Positions 27,266 through 41,100 of a stretch of DNA of 64,000 bases are shown piece by piece. Within the stretch, counting starts at the first letter, position 1. The number at the start of each line of letters is the position of its first letter. The notes under the pieces are model-generated. The model was not told where the DNA came from and made no database searches. It saw nothing but the letters and a program-made list of their open reading frames with translations. Position numbers and translations under genes: made by a program. This DNA is from Octopus sinensis. Its lineage: Eukaryota. The stretch is from the NCBI RefSeq assembly GCF_006345805.1, contig NC_042999.1, positions 135,842,001 to 135,906,000 of the forward strand, read 5' to 3'.

Positions 27266-27413
27266 TGTTGTTAATGCTATTACCATTGTTATTGCTATTG
27301 GTGATATTGTTTTTCTTCTTCCTATAACATCTGTTCAGTTTTCTCAGAAGAAATCTATGCAATGTTTGAGTCAAATAAATGTTGAATACAAACTATAAGA
27401 AAAAATATGCAGC

Positions 27414-27478
<65 letters not shown>

Positions 27479-29098
27479 GAAGATGGTATTAAATTACAGC
27501 AGCTGATATCAGAAAGAATCCTTAATAAAATAATGGTAGAAAGATTCTATACAAAAATACAAATGGAAAAAAAAAAAAAAAATCGCCATTGTTATTGGAA
27601 ATAAACAGAATTTGTATTATTCCAAATATACATGATGATATTCTTCAGTTAATAGAATTTCACTGTTCTAGAACTGACTTCATTTAGAATCTTGCTGTTA
27701 AAATAGCTGCCTCAATAACCAATATTTGTGTGATGGAAGTTTTTCAGAGTAAGGAGTAGAATAGTATTTATAACTTTTAAGTGAAGTTAGACAGTCCAAC
27801 CACATATGTGATACTCCTCATGATATTGATGTTGGTGGTACTACTTGCTGTTTTGGTGCTGCTACTATTGTTAGTAATAATGCTGGAGTTGGCAGTGATG
27901 GTGGAGTGAGGGTGGGTGTTGTGTATTTTCAGGGTTAGACATGGTATTTGTATTTTTATTTCAAAGGAAATATTGAATGCAGTAAAATTGAATTATATTT
28001 GGATAATTTTTCTTAGAGAAATAAAGTTTTGTAAATATATTTAGGAATTTCTTCAAATTATTTTCGTATATGAAATATTGTTATTCTTCTGAATTGTGAA
28101 AGCAAAAAGAAAGCAAAAAAATTACAGCTCTTTTTAGGATTTTTGATGCAAAGTCATGACGTCTCTGATAAAATACACTGGAATGGCTTCTTGGTGCTCT
28201 CTCCAGACAGATGAGAAGCCTAAAAATTTTGTAGGTAAAGGAAAATGAGTGTTGTGATGTTCATGCCATTTTTTTAAAGATGCTACTGATGTATATGTAT
28301 TGAAATTACAACATAGAAATTCAAACCAGGAACATGAAGCCAACACGTCATTCTATAGCATTTTCTACCATCTATATACACAATCTACTTTATTGTGAGT
28401 TTATGCATCTCTTCTTTCAAATAAACAATATGTCTTTCTTTCTCTCTCTCCCTTCACACTCTCTCTCTCTGATTTTAAGGATCATTTCTTAAGTATTTAT
28501 CTTGGTTTACCTACCTACCTCTCTTGCCTGCCTGCCTGCCTATCTTTGCAATCCAAGAACTGGAGATTGCTATGAAATACCTAATAAACAAAAGAAATAG
28601 CGAATCCTTTGGAACAGCAAGATGTAACTGAAAATGTAGATTATATCATGTTACTGTAGAAGACATCACACAGGTGATTAGCAGCTGCCCAATGATGTCA
28701 TCAAGGTACTGCCTTTCTATGTGACATGATGTTGTTCCAAAAACAATTCACAATACTAGTTGTTAAAAAGACTGTCCTGGAATAAATATAGGGAATCCAT
28801 CCCTTTGTTATTGAATATATACACAAACATCACAGGCTGGATATTGTTGTTTGGAGTAGACAAGAAAAAGTATGTACTGTCATAGCAGTTGGCTGTCCTT
28901 TCTCAATGAGAAAGAAGCTAATTATGGACAACTGCTTTGAAACCTTCAGCTTCTATATACAAATTATAAATTTACATTTATACCAATAATAATTAGTGCA
29001 CTTGGTTTTGTGAGTAAATACCCAAGTGACAATCTGGATACTCTTTTTTTTTTAGGCGTAGGAATGGCTGTGTGGTAAGCAGCTTGCTTACGAACCAC

Positions 29099-30140
29099 AT
29101 GCTTTGGCAAGCTTATGCCAAGAAGGCAATGGGTTGTATGCAATGTTTCAAGTGACGCAAGCACTTCAAAAGCGGAAAAATGTCCCTGGAAGATGATGAG
29201 TGATCTGAAAGACCTGCCCTGATCATCACCACAGGAAATGTGGAGAAAATTCCTCAGCTTGTGCCTGAGGATCGTTGGAGGACAATCAATGACATTACTG
29301 ATGTTGTTGGTCTACCATATCGGTCCATGCAGGCAATCCTAACATCTGAATTGAACATGCGACATGTCTCTGCCAAGTTTGTACTCTACCTGCTGACCAC
29401 CAAACAGAAAGGACATCACATCAAAGTCCATCAAAATCTCCGTCAGGGTGCTACTGATGACCCATCCTTCTTGTCATGGGTCATCACCCGGTTGGGTCAA
29501 CAGGTATGACCCTGCGATGAAGCAGCAGTCATCACAATGGAAGGGCCTTCGTCTCCATGACCAAAGAAGGTACAACAGAGCCACAGCCCAATCAAGAGCA
29601 TGCTCATCATTTTTTCTGACATCCATGGTATTGTGCATCAAGAATTCATCCCCCAGTGCCCAACCATCAATCAAGAGTTCTACAGTGATGTTTTGAAGCA
29701 TTTGAGGGAGGACATTTGGTGAAAGTGACCAGGTCTGTGGAGTGTGAAAAATTGGATTCTTTATGATGACAATGCACCCTGTCACTGAGTTCTCCTCACT
29801 CATGAATTTTTCACCAAAAAACAACATGGTATTGCTTCTGCACCTGCCCTATACACCAGATTTCTCATTTGTGGACTTCCATCTCTTCTCCAAGATGAAA
29901 ATGCAGCCTAAAGGTTGCCATTTTAACACTGCTGTTGAAATCCAGAGCGAATCACAGAAAATCCTCAATTCACTTACAGAAAATGACTTCCAGGATAGAT
30001 TCCAAAAATGGTAGAATCACTGCAACCAGTGTATTGCTGCATAAAGTGACTATTTCGAAGGAGATGATGTTAAAACTTAGGTAAATAAGTTATTTTTTAT
30101 TAAGCATAACTAGTCCAGGAACCTTTTGATACCACCTCAT
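29099..30140 (+). mobile_element. 5'-truncated mariner transposase pseudogene
   Basis: FKSGKMSLEDDE (HTH), RHVSAKFV, YDPAMKQQSSQW, SMLIIFSDIHGIVHQEF, LYDDNAPCH, LPYTPDFSFVDFHLF, DYFEGD; right TIR ccaggaaccttttgataccacctcata; left end replaced by a SINE head (29055-29100). Confidence 0.92.
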
Positions 30141-32862
30141 ATATTCCAACAACAGAGCTTTGTATCTTTGTTAGAAACCAGCTCCTTCCTCAGAGGAAGA
30201 ATTTAAACAGCTTAAACATAGAGGAGAACAAACAAACAAACAAACAAAACAAAACAAAGCAAACCTACCTACTTACATACATACATACATACATAGTGAG
30301 GAAACTACAGCTCATGTCTGCATAATAAATTTTCATTTAAATCTATTAGCAAAGGTATGCTGGGTTTCATTAAAGATTTGCTTAAAGGCCTCAAAATCCT
30401 GGGGTTTTCCAAGGAAGACCTACCTCTTTCAAATCCAATTGAATGGTGGTACCATGAACATTTCTAGAACGTTCTATTTGAATTATTTGGAATGAGTACA
30501 TGCCCACAATCATATGTACACACAGAATAAATACGCATATTTAAAATGTAATCACACACATGTACACACATACACACAGTAATATGTACACCCATTGCAT
30601 GAGTGTAAGTATATCCACCCATACGCCATAATATATGCACGCATTAACAAACTCACAAATCTCTGGAACTGCCTTGACTTGCACACAGAAGTCTTGTTGT
30701 TATGTTGGTGGCTGGCTTAAATTCTGCAAAGATGAACTTCAGTCTTAATGAAAGAAATATATATCTCTTGACAAAACACTTTTTGTTAACTAACTGTATG
30801 TACTTAATAAATGTTCTTACAGTAATCAAGACAGGATAATGATTATACATCTAAATTCTTTACATGATATTGTTAAGACTAATGATTGAACATTATTTTC
30901 TGTTTTGTGAAATACTGTTCTTTAAGTCATTTACTATTTCCAGCTCATCACTGATCTGATTTTCACCTACAGGCTGTCTCCAGCCATTGGCTTGGTTTTG
31001 CTTATGAGCAAATGCTACTAGCCACTGGCCTGTTGCTCTCTACTAGTACCAAGATAACCATAGATAATTTAGACTAGTCATCAAAGGAGGATGTCAATAT
31101 GTAGATCACTTTGTATGTGCTGACTTTATGTGAAGCCTGTAGAATCAACGATATATATATGAAGTGTACATATATTGAAAAATATGGTAATATGGCATGT
31201 CAAAATAATTACAATAATTATATTGTCATAATACAAATGGAAAAATAAAAAATAGAACCATGATTAAAAAGCATATGCACACAAAAAAAGACATGCATAA
31301 CACAAGAAATTCCACATTTTGGTACATTACAATGAAACTGAGAGAATATTAAATGTATATATGCATAAATATATGCACACGTATGTAAACATTATAAACA
31401 TGCATATAAATCAAATAGATATAATAAGAAACTATTATGTTTGTGTGTGCGTAACTATGCTTCTGTTTTAACTTTTATATGGCAAATTTTTCATATTTCC
31501 ATATTAGTACTTCAAGTTTTATTTGTTGCAACAAGCTTCCTAACTTCATCAATGATACAAGACTCGTCTGGTCTTATCATATGGATGAAAGGGTATTAGT
31601 GATGGTTGTTATTGCTGTTTTTTATTATAGAGACGAATCAAAGAAATAAAGTTGTGTCTACTTTTTTCATTGGTTATTACTGGACTTCAACACTTTCTGT
31701 CTGTTGATGCCAGGTCTCTTTCAGTTATAAGGAAATGGTTTGGTTCTAATGTCTATCTAATGTTTGTTTGTTGCAACAATATGCTTTTGATAATGTTTTG
31801 TGTTTTATTTTGCTGTTAATATAACTAATCTTGATTTCTTTTAGTACTTTAGTATTCTATATAAGATAATTGTGATGTCATTTTATGTTGTGTTATAGCA
31901 TGTTGCTGACTGACCATAGATTTACAAGAAGTCAATGCACTCATTATGTCATGCAATACAATATAAAACTAGATAGAAAACAATACATTAATTACACCAT
32001 TAAATATGATATATTGCTAATATATTTTGTTAATACTCGAGTCAACAAATACTAATTAGGTTTATATTCTTTCTCTCCTTGAAGTCATTCACATATGGCA
32101 TGGCGATATAATATTCTGTATAGCATGATGTCATTCAATATATTAAATATTACTTGAATAGTTAAAAGATAGTGTGGGTGAACAGAGAGGGTATTGGATA
32201 ACCAGTAAGAAGTTAGAGGTTTATATCCAGTCAACATTAAATTGTGTCAATAGCCAAAATACTTAACTTTAATAAGGCCCAGTCTAACAAGCTGTAAATA
32301 GTTACTAGAAAGGAGGAGCTACTTATCACTGTTGGCTTTCTAAATTTTGCAAATTTGGTTAGTTAACTTGCAATCATGAATTCTCTGTTCAACTACTCAA
32401 AGAAAGCGGTCAGTAGTCAGTCTCAGATCAGAAAAAAAGTGGCAGTCATAGGTACTGCCTACACTCTCTTTACTAAAATTTATACGCAAAAAGAAAGGAA
32501 ACAGAAACTACTAGCTGATGAGTTACATTAGGTTTAGACTCTGCTCTTCTGATTACTGGCTGTGTGTGATGATTAAACTCTTCATGCACAGATATCACCA
32601 CCAGGTAAACATATATCTCGGTTACAGCTGAGAATCAGTCACATTATCCTGCTGGTTGTAACCATTTCACCTCAGGTCATCTCTGATCAAGCAGACCTAA
32701 GATCAAAGGTATTCCAGCTGTGATTATCTTTTTGTATAGCTAGTGCTATATTTTCCACTGTGTCCTTCCCCTTTTTTTTTAGATAATTAAATGTTGTTTT
32801 AAGAAATTTATTTATTATTTCTGGCAAATATTAGTATTTGATATGAATTTAGTATTTGAAAG

Positions 32863-32908
<46 letters not shown>

Positions 32909-33468
32909 TATATAGATATATATAATACATATACACATATATAAACTGTGATTTTTTATTTATCAGTCAATGATATCAACATTGTATACTGTGAATGAAA
33001 GCAGTTTTTAAGAAAAAGAAAGCCATATATTTATAAATGTTTATAGTCTAACTGTCGTTCTTAAATAAGATTACAATCTTAGTTTTTTTTTACTTTAGGA
33101 ATTACTATATAATAATCAGATCTCTCTTTGAAAAACTAGGGCGAACAATGACTAGAAAACTCTGTGTGTGTGTGTGTGCACGCGCGCGCACACACACACA
33201 CGCACATACACACTAAATTATTGAATACAATTTCTGCTCTGTCAATTTCATGAAATAATCATCAAATAAACTTGGTGTTAAAATATATATATATAAAAAG
33301 TATTAAAAAAACCCCAAACAATTGCTATGAAAGAATTGCCATTTTCAATATCAAACGTAAGTATGTGTATGCACATGTGTGTGCATATGTATTTATGTAT
33401 GTAAGCTTGCATATATATATGTGCATAAGAGTATATATATGCATATAGATGTACATTCTGTATCTGTA

Positions 33469-33511
<43 letters not shown>

Positions 33512-33666
33512 ATATGCATATGGATATATATATGTAAATATACACACACATACACAGATGAATATGCATAAGTTTGCATAGCAATATACTTTTCCTTTCA
33601 ACAAAATGAATATTCCCTTTAATTAGTTATTTTTAACTATCCTGATAGTCTACAATCCAGATTGTA

Positions 33667-33737
<71 letters not shown>

Positions 33738-34491
33738 TTTCATTTTCACTTTATTCTTCTTATGCTTTTAGTATTTCTTTTCTCCTCCACACACAATGTA
33801 CAATGTCATTTGATCTTATAAACCATATTTCAAAATTTTCAAAGTCTTCTTATATATTATGGAAAAAAAATATGAGATACATTGGTAGGTAGGAAAATAG
33901 ACAGGTAAGTAGAAAAGTAGGTAGGTAGTATATAGGTATGTATGTACATGTGTGGTGTGTGTGTGTGTATATGTGTGTGGGTGTCACACACACACACATA
34001 CACACATTTTCCTTGCTATATATTATTTTTCCTCATTTTTTATTATGCCTTTTCTTTACTCTCTATACAATCTTTAACATCATTTGATCTTAGAGACTAC
34101 ATTTCAACATTTTTAAAGCTATTTATTTTGTAGTTATTTTCAGAAACAATTACCTATCTGTGTCTGTCTGTCTGTCTATCTACATATGGGTATAATTATG
34201 TATGTATGCATGCATGTATGTATAGACGGATAGGTAGGGAGGTAGTAATTGTTTTTGAAAATAAATAATATGTCTGCAATACACACATAAGCATATGTGT
34301 ATTGTGTCTTTCTCTCTATATATCTATATAAACATACACACATATGTGTATACATCAAAAGCATTTCCCTGTAAAATATATAATTCAGTATCTATCATAA
34401 AAAGGATGACACTGAAATCTTTGTTCAGCATTCATCATATCTTATATATGTACATACATATATATACACACACACACACATATATATGTAC

Positions 34492-34528
<37 letters not shown>

Positions 34529-34963
34529 CATACATATATATGTATATACACATACACACACATATATATGTATACATACATATCTACACACACATATACA
34601 CACACAACTAATCAAAAAGTAAGTTGCTAACATTTTAACACTTAAATTACACAAAGTTTGCTGATGCAGTAAATTTCCTATGAAATCTATTATGAGGAGG
34701 ACTGTCATTTTTTATTTTATTTTAGTAACTCTCATCTATACTCAGTATGCAGGTCTCAAAAATACATAAAAATAGCTTTTTGACTGATCATTTAAAATTA
34801 GACTTTTTGCATACTTTATTCCCAATCAATAATAATTATTTTTCAGAGGTTTATTTTGTTATTACCTAATTTCACTGCTGTACTGAGTGTAGCTCTGTGA
34901 GACTTTTGTATGTGCCATGTTTTGCTTTGATTTTATATTTTCTAACATGTGCATTTCCCCTAG

Positions 34964-35015
34964 TGGTCACAGATATTACAAGGGAGATAAACCTTTCTTC
35001 ATAATATGTGGTGAG
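34964..35015 (+). CDS. Candidate internal exon (52 nt, phase 2-0): GHRYYKGDKPFFIICGE
   Basis: Strong acceptor gcatttcccctag, strong donor GAG/gtaaga, open frame; decayed paralogous copy at about 35600-35650. Confidence 0.5.
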
Positions 35016-35742
35016 GTAAGAAATTTGAATTTGAAATTATGGAAAAAGATTAACAGAATTCATATATTCAATTGCTTTTGTTTACTTACAAAGTTCTTAA
35101 AACTTTTAGTCAGTAATAATCTTGTATAATGCTATTTCATTCTTTTTAGAAATCATCAATGATATAACCTGCAACTCACTAATCAAACATTTTATGAAGT
35201 GAGATATTTCATTAAAGATAGAAATAAGTACAGTCTGGAGGAAATTCATGCAAATCTTTTGTCTTTCTCTTCATAGAGCATTGGAAGTTTAGCAACTGAT
35301 AAAAATGAAAGTTCATAGTGTCCACATACAGGATAATAATTGCTTCCAGGGGATTCTACCTTCAAATATATCTTATAGTAACCAATAATTACAATTCTAA
35401 CTACAAACAAGTTCACAGGTCATTTACCAATATATTCTTTGACGTGTAGGCATTTGTTTCCAGCTGCTATTTCATAGTGGCAATCCTTCATTATGTAGCA
35501 GAACAATAATCTATTCGTAAACATAATGTCTTGACAACAGCTTAAATGGATTTGGTTGAAATCACAGCTCAAGTGTTTCAAACATATGAGGTTCCACTAG
35601 TGGTCACAGCTACTACATGGGAGATAATAATTTCTTCATAATATTTGGTTGAATCAGGTGCTGAAAGTATGCTGTGTTATGCATGTTCAGTATCTTGCAG
35701 TGCTATTTTCCTTTATGCTATGTCTTTGCTTAAATTCTGATG

Positions 35743-35783
<41 letters not shown>

Positions 35784-36391
35784 GCTTTTTGGTCATTTCC
35801 TAGGCACCTATACTTATTATTAGGTGGCAAATTGATTGGCAAACTGGTAGACTCAGTAATGAATTGGGGAAAAAAGTTCTTTGCAGCATTTGCTTCATTA
35901 CTTTGTTTTGAGTGCAAATTCTACCAAGATCAACTTTGCTTTTCATCCTTTCAGGGCAGACAAAATAAAGTACCAGTCAAGTACTGGAGTTAATGGTAAC
36001 AACTACATGCTCTCCCCTCAAAAATTGCTGGCCTTATGTCTAAATTAGAAATCACTTTATTATCACTGGAGTGTTACTTATCATATGATGAGCAGCTTTG
36101 GAAGTATACATTTGCCATCATCACGGGTAATATCAAGAAATATAGTGTGTTTGTGTGTGTATGTGTGTATATATATACATATATATACACATACACAATA
36201 ATTATAATTTAACTTTTATCAAATTTCTTGTTGCTTATACAAAAGGATGAAATGAATTCTAATTTTCGAGAGAGAAATATTTATTATCTTAAAATAAAAT
36301 TAAATAAAATAAATTTCTCATTTTTGTAAATTCTCTAATGACTACTGTCATATACACTCCCCCCTCTGTCTCACTGATATTTTCATCTCAC

Positions 36392-36435
<44 letters not shown>

Positions 36436-37880
36436 CTGTGTTCCTTTGCTCATTGTCTGTGACCACTCCTTGTATTAACACTCACCATGTACCTCTTACG
36501 TTAATTTTCTTTTTCTCTTTCCCTGCTCTTTCTATACAATATAAAGTGCGAAGAAATCAACTAACCAACCAAGATTTATATTGGCTAATTCTGCCAATAT
36601 CAGCTTTGCCTTTCATCCTTTTAGAGTCACTAAAATAAGTACCAGCTGAGCACTAGGGTTGATGCAATCGACTTATCCCCTCCCCAAAATTGCTGGCCTT
36701 GTGCCAAAATTTGAAACCTTTATCATTTTCATTCTTTGTGTTAAATGTTGTACATTCTTTGCAACTCATTCTTGTGTCTTTTCCTCAACATCTTTTCTAT
36801 GGCTACATTTATTCTTCTAAGATCTCTACTGAGTTGTTCAATTTGGTTCTCAAGTCTTCATTTTCAACATGGAACTTTGTCTGTCTAATGCTTTCTTTGG
36901 CTTTTAACCCCTAAAATTTCCACAGCGGAGATTGTTTAGGTCTTATATTTTCAAAACAGATTTTTGTTAATAGCTTATCCATCTTCTTCCCTACTTTATG
37001 TAGTTTTCCTTTCTCAATTCCTCTCAAGGCTGGTGGTTGTCTTACTTTCACGAGTTCAGGTCTCATTTAGGCATTGTAATAAGCTCCTTTCTTCCTCTGT
37101 AATGTTCCTTCCACAAATTTATCTTTATCTGGGCTGTTATTTCTTTCCTGCAGATTTATTGACCTCTCTACTATTCCTTGTTCTATATCTTTTTCTTTTG
37201 CTCTATGTAGTCATGTTTTCTTTCTTTCATTGTTGGGACAGCAATTGCCTTTTCATAGCATTGGTTTCAGAATTGTTAGCATGCTGGACAAAATGCTTAG
37301 TGGCATTCCTTCCAGCTTTATGATCTAAGTTCCAATGCTGCCAAGGTCGATTTTGCTGTTCATCCTTTCAGGGTAGAAAAAAATATGCACCAACTGATCA
37401 TTGGGGTCGTGCAATTAACTAGCCCCTCCATGCAAATTTCAGGCCTTGTACCTATGATAGAAAGGATTGTTACAGTTGTCACTATTATTATTAAGGCTGC
37501 AAGCTGGCCAAATTGTTAGCATGCTGGGCAAAATGCTTTGTGACAATTGCATCTGTCTTTTCATTCTGAGTTCAAATTCTGCTAAGATTGACTTTACTTT
37601 TCATCCTTTCAAGTCTGATAAAAATGAAATAGCAGTTAAGTACCAGGGATAGAGTAATTGACTAACCACCTCTCATCAAAATTGCTGGCCTTATGCCATC
37701 ATTAGTATTATTAAGATGGTGAGCTGGGAGAATCATTACAACATCAGACAGAATGCTTAATGATATTTCTTCCAGCTCTTTCCATTCTGAGTTCAAATTT
37801 TGCTCAGGTCAACTTTGCCTTTCATCTTTCAGGGTCGATGAAATAAGTACCAGTTGAGCACTGGGATCAATGTTATCAAT

Positions 37881-38130
37881 AAGCTCTTTCATCAGACATT
37901 CTGTGACCTCTTTAGCAACTCTCTGTCTCACATATCTCCTATTGTACTTCAGCTTTATTTTTATTATTTTGGTTTCTTTGTCAAAGCTCTTACATTGCAC
38001 ATTCTGTGACCTCTTCAGTGACTCTCTATACCATGTGGACTAAGCAGAACAAGAGGAGACGTGAGGGATAGAGAGTCACTGAAGAGGTCACATGATATGT
38101 GACAAAAGAGCTTTAATAAAAAGAAACTAA

Positions 38131-38162
<32 letters not shown>

Positions 38163-38175
38163 GGCTGTAGTAAAG
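37881..38175. ncRNA. Fold-back repeat with three degenerate hammerhead-like motifs (family A)
   Basis: Perfect 25-bp IR 38005-38029 / 38068-38092; plus copy GTCA-CTGAAGA-G-GTCACA(tgata)TGTGAC-aAAA-GAGC-TT; minus copy at 37881-37920 reads CTaAAGA-G-GTCA...TGAt-GAAA-GAGCTT. Confidence 0.55.
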
Positions 38176-40228
38176 ACCAAACATATAGTGCATGTATTTA
38201 ATTGGCAAAATATGACCATCACCAAGTATTATGATATCTGTTTCAACACACGATTTCACACCAGGAATCTTGCAAAACAAATACATAAATGTAAAAATAA
38301 TATTAGCTAATCATTAATATCATTTTTTGCTCATGAGTATTTTTAGTGAGTAATGATATTGACAGATATAGCAACGATGGTGACTGAAAGTCTGCTACAT
38401 CATTATGACGATGGTAGTAGTTATATTAACGATGGTAATGGTGATAATGATGAATGATGCTGAAATGTGTTAAAGGGAAATATCAATGATGACAAGAATA
38501 ATAATTACAGTTGCTGCATAGGTAGTGGTAGTTGTTGTTGTGATGGTAGTCAACTGGTAGTAATAAATTTATAACTATTTGAGGTGATATCTGTGGAGAA
38601 TATACTGGTATTAATATTTATGCAAACTTTACTGTGCTGGGCAAAATGCTTAGTGGAATTTTGTCCATCTTCAAGTTTTGAGTTCACATTCCTCTGAGGT
38701 CAGCTTTGCCTTTCATCTTTTTGGGGTTGATGAAATAAGTACCAGTTGAGTACAGGAGTCACTGTAATTGACTAATCCTTTCCATCGAAATTGCTGGCCT
38801 TATGCCAAAATTTGAAATCAATATTTATGCAAACTCATACATCATCTTTGACAGGAGAGTTCATCATATATATATCTACAATAGATTTCTTTCAGTTTCT
38901 ATTTACCAAATCCAGTGATTCAGTGTCATGGTGACATGTATGTATGATGTGTGTGTGTGTGCAAGTGTTTGTCTTCTTGTCTTGACATTTATGTGATTGT
39001 TGTAAATAAATGTCATGACTGGCTGTATGGAAATATTACCTTGCTTGGAAATAGGTAAGGATTGACAACAGGAAAGGCATCCAGATGTATATAAAATTTG
39101 CTTCAGCAAACTATGTCCAACCCATGGAAGCATGGAAATGTGTATGTGAAAATGATGATGAGGAATATGAGTATTAAATTTATAAGCTGTCCTCAAAGAA
39201 AGACATCTATGTCAGGCAGAAATAAATTACAAACGTCCATTTCTAGAACTGACTTGAAGAAATATTGTACATTATTTAGCACGAGGCCAAAAGGTTTGAA
39301 GGGAGTATAAAGTTAATAGAATCAATCCCCAGTATATCTCTGGTGTTATCCTATCAACAGTCTAGATGAAAACCAAAGTTGACTGTGGTGCAACTTGAAC
39401 TCAGCATTTAAAGCACTGTAACAAAGTACTGTAAGGCATTTTGTCCAACTTTAATAATTCTGCCAATCCTCGACTAAAGGCGGTGCTCCAGCATGGCCGC
39501 AGTCAAATGACTGAAACAAGTAAAAGAGTAAAGAATAATATATATATATACGCTTATAGTATTTCATCTCATGAAACACATGCACGCACAACTGTTGCTG
39601 AAAAATATTCAAATATATCATAATACCATAAAGTACAATCTTCTATTATGGAATATGAATATAAACTCAGCAACTCAAAGCTAGTGTGCACCGCAAAACA
39701 AATGTCATGATTTACCATTAGAGCCTGTTATCCTCCATCTTAGTGTTATATCATTCTTATATATATATACATATACGCATACATATGATGGGCTGCTTTC
39801 AGTTACTGTCTACCACATCTACTCATAAGGTTTTGGTCAGCATGGGGCTATACAAATTTATTTCTTATTTAAATATTTTTGATTCAGTATCAAGCTGACT
39901 TATATAATGTAAATACCATTTATACACAGCTAGTACAATGTAGAAATGGTTTCTTATATGATTTGACAGTTATAGAGAATTGTACCATTATTATATACAC
40001 CAATCATTGAGATGTTACATATAGTGTAATTGTTTTACACACACAAACACACGCACGAACATACACAGACACACACAAACATATATGGAAACTGGTTTTA
40101 TCATATTATAAAAAATTGGCTGGTTGATTATATACTCAGTAACCAATTTATCATATATTGTAACGAAGTGGATTATTGTGTATATAAAAACTGATTTGGT
40201 TATGTAACTGTGTGTGTGTGTATGTATG

Positions 40229-40262
<34 letters not shown>

Positions 40263-40304
40263 TGTATGTATGTATGTATGTATATATATATATATATAAT
40301 ATAT

Positions 40305-40351
<47 letters not shown>

Positions 40352-40476
40352 GTTAATCCAAACATGAAAACACAATGAGAAAACACAACAACGCGAGGAC
40401 GTGGAACAAGTATAGTATTATTGGAAGACAACAAAAGAATGAAAGAGACCTCGATATTATGTAAATGGAGGAATTT

Positions 40477-40700
40477 ATCTGTAAATGTAATATGTGACAA
40501 TTATTCAGTAGCCATGATAAAACTCCGAGTTTTGGATGCCGAGGTGGAAATCCATGCCGTTATCTCTTCAGTTATCTGGCCATCGGATGGCTGGATAGCT
40601 GAAGAGATGGCAGCCTGGATTTCCACCTCGGCATCCAAAACTCGGAGTTTTATCATGGCTACTGAATAATTGTCACATATCACATATTACATTTACAGAT
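40477..40700. ncRNA. 224-bp palindrome with one hammerhead-like motif per arm (family B)
   Basis: Arms 40477-40584 and 40586-40700, the outer 78 bp identical apart from a 7-bp duplication; each arm reads GATAR-CTGAAGA-stem II-(a)AAAC-TCGGA-GTT-TTATC-A-TGGC. Confidence 0.6.
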
Positions 40701-40725
40701 ATATATATATATATACATGAAGGTA

Positions 40726-41100
40726 CATGGCTTAGTGGTTAGAATGTTGCACTCATGATTATGAGATCATGGTTTCTGTTCCTAGACCAAGCATTGCATT
40801 GTGTTCTTGAGCAAAACATTTCATTCCACATTGTTTTGCAATCATTTTGTCATCTGACATGTGACACTTTGTGCACCTGTACAGGTAATGTCGATTTACT
40901 GGAGGGAAGGAGCTTATGGGAACACAAACATTTGATCACTATAAACAAATCATCTGTGTGATTGTTTAGCAAGAGACTGCAGAACTCTCATACATTCCTT
41001 TGCCATTCCCTTGGACAACATCAGTGGTAGAGAGAGGGGAAGAGACTGGTATGTGTGGGTGACTGCTGGTCTTCTGTAAACAACCGTGTCCAGACTGGTG
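40726..41100 (+). mobile_element. tRNA-headed SINE, third family
   Basis: A-box-like tggcttagtggttag, then gttcttgagcaaaacatttc; a related head in reverse orientation lies at about 41350-41455. Confidence 0.65.

Noticed and set aside
27063-27374. Poly-I/poly-L and similar YI/HT/CV-rich ORFs across the window
   Set aside because: Translations of (AAT)n, (TA)n and (CA)n microsatellites.
40421-40683. Mirror-image ORFs on both strands (IKLRVLDAEVEI...TRSFIMATE)
   Set aside because: Artefact of the palindrome; better explained as a fold-back RNA or repeat.
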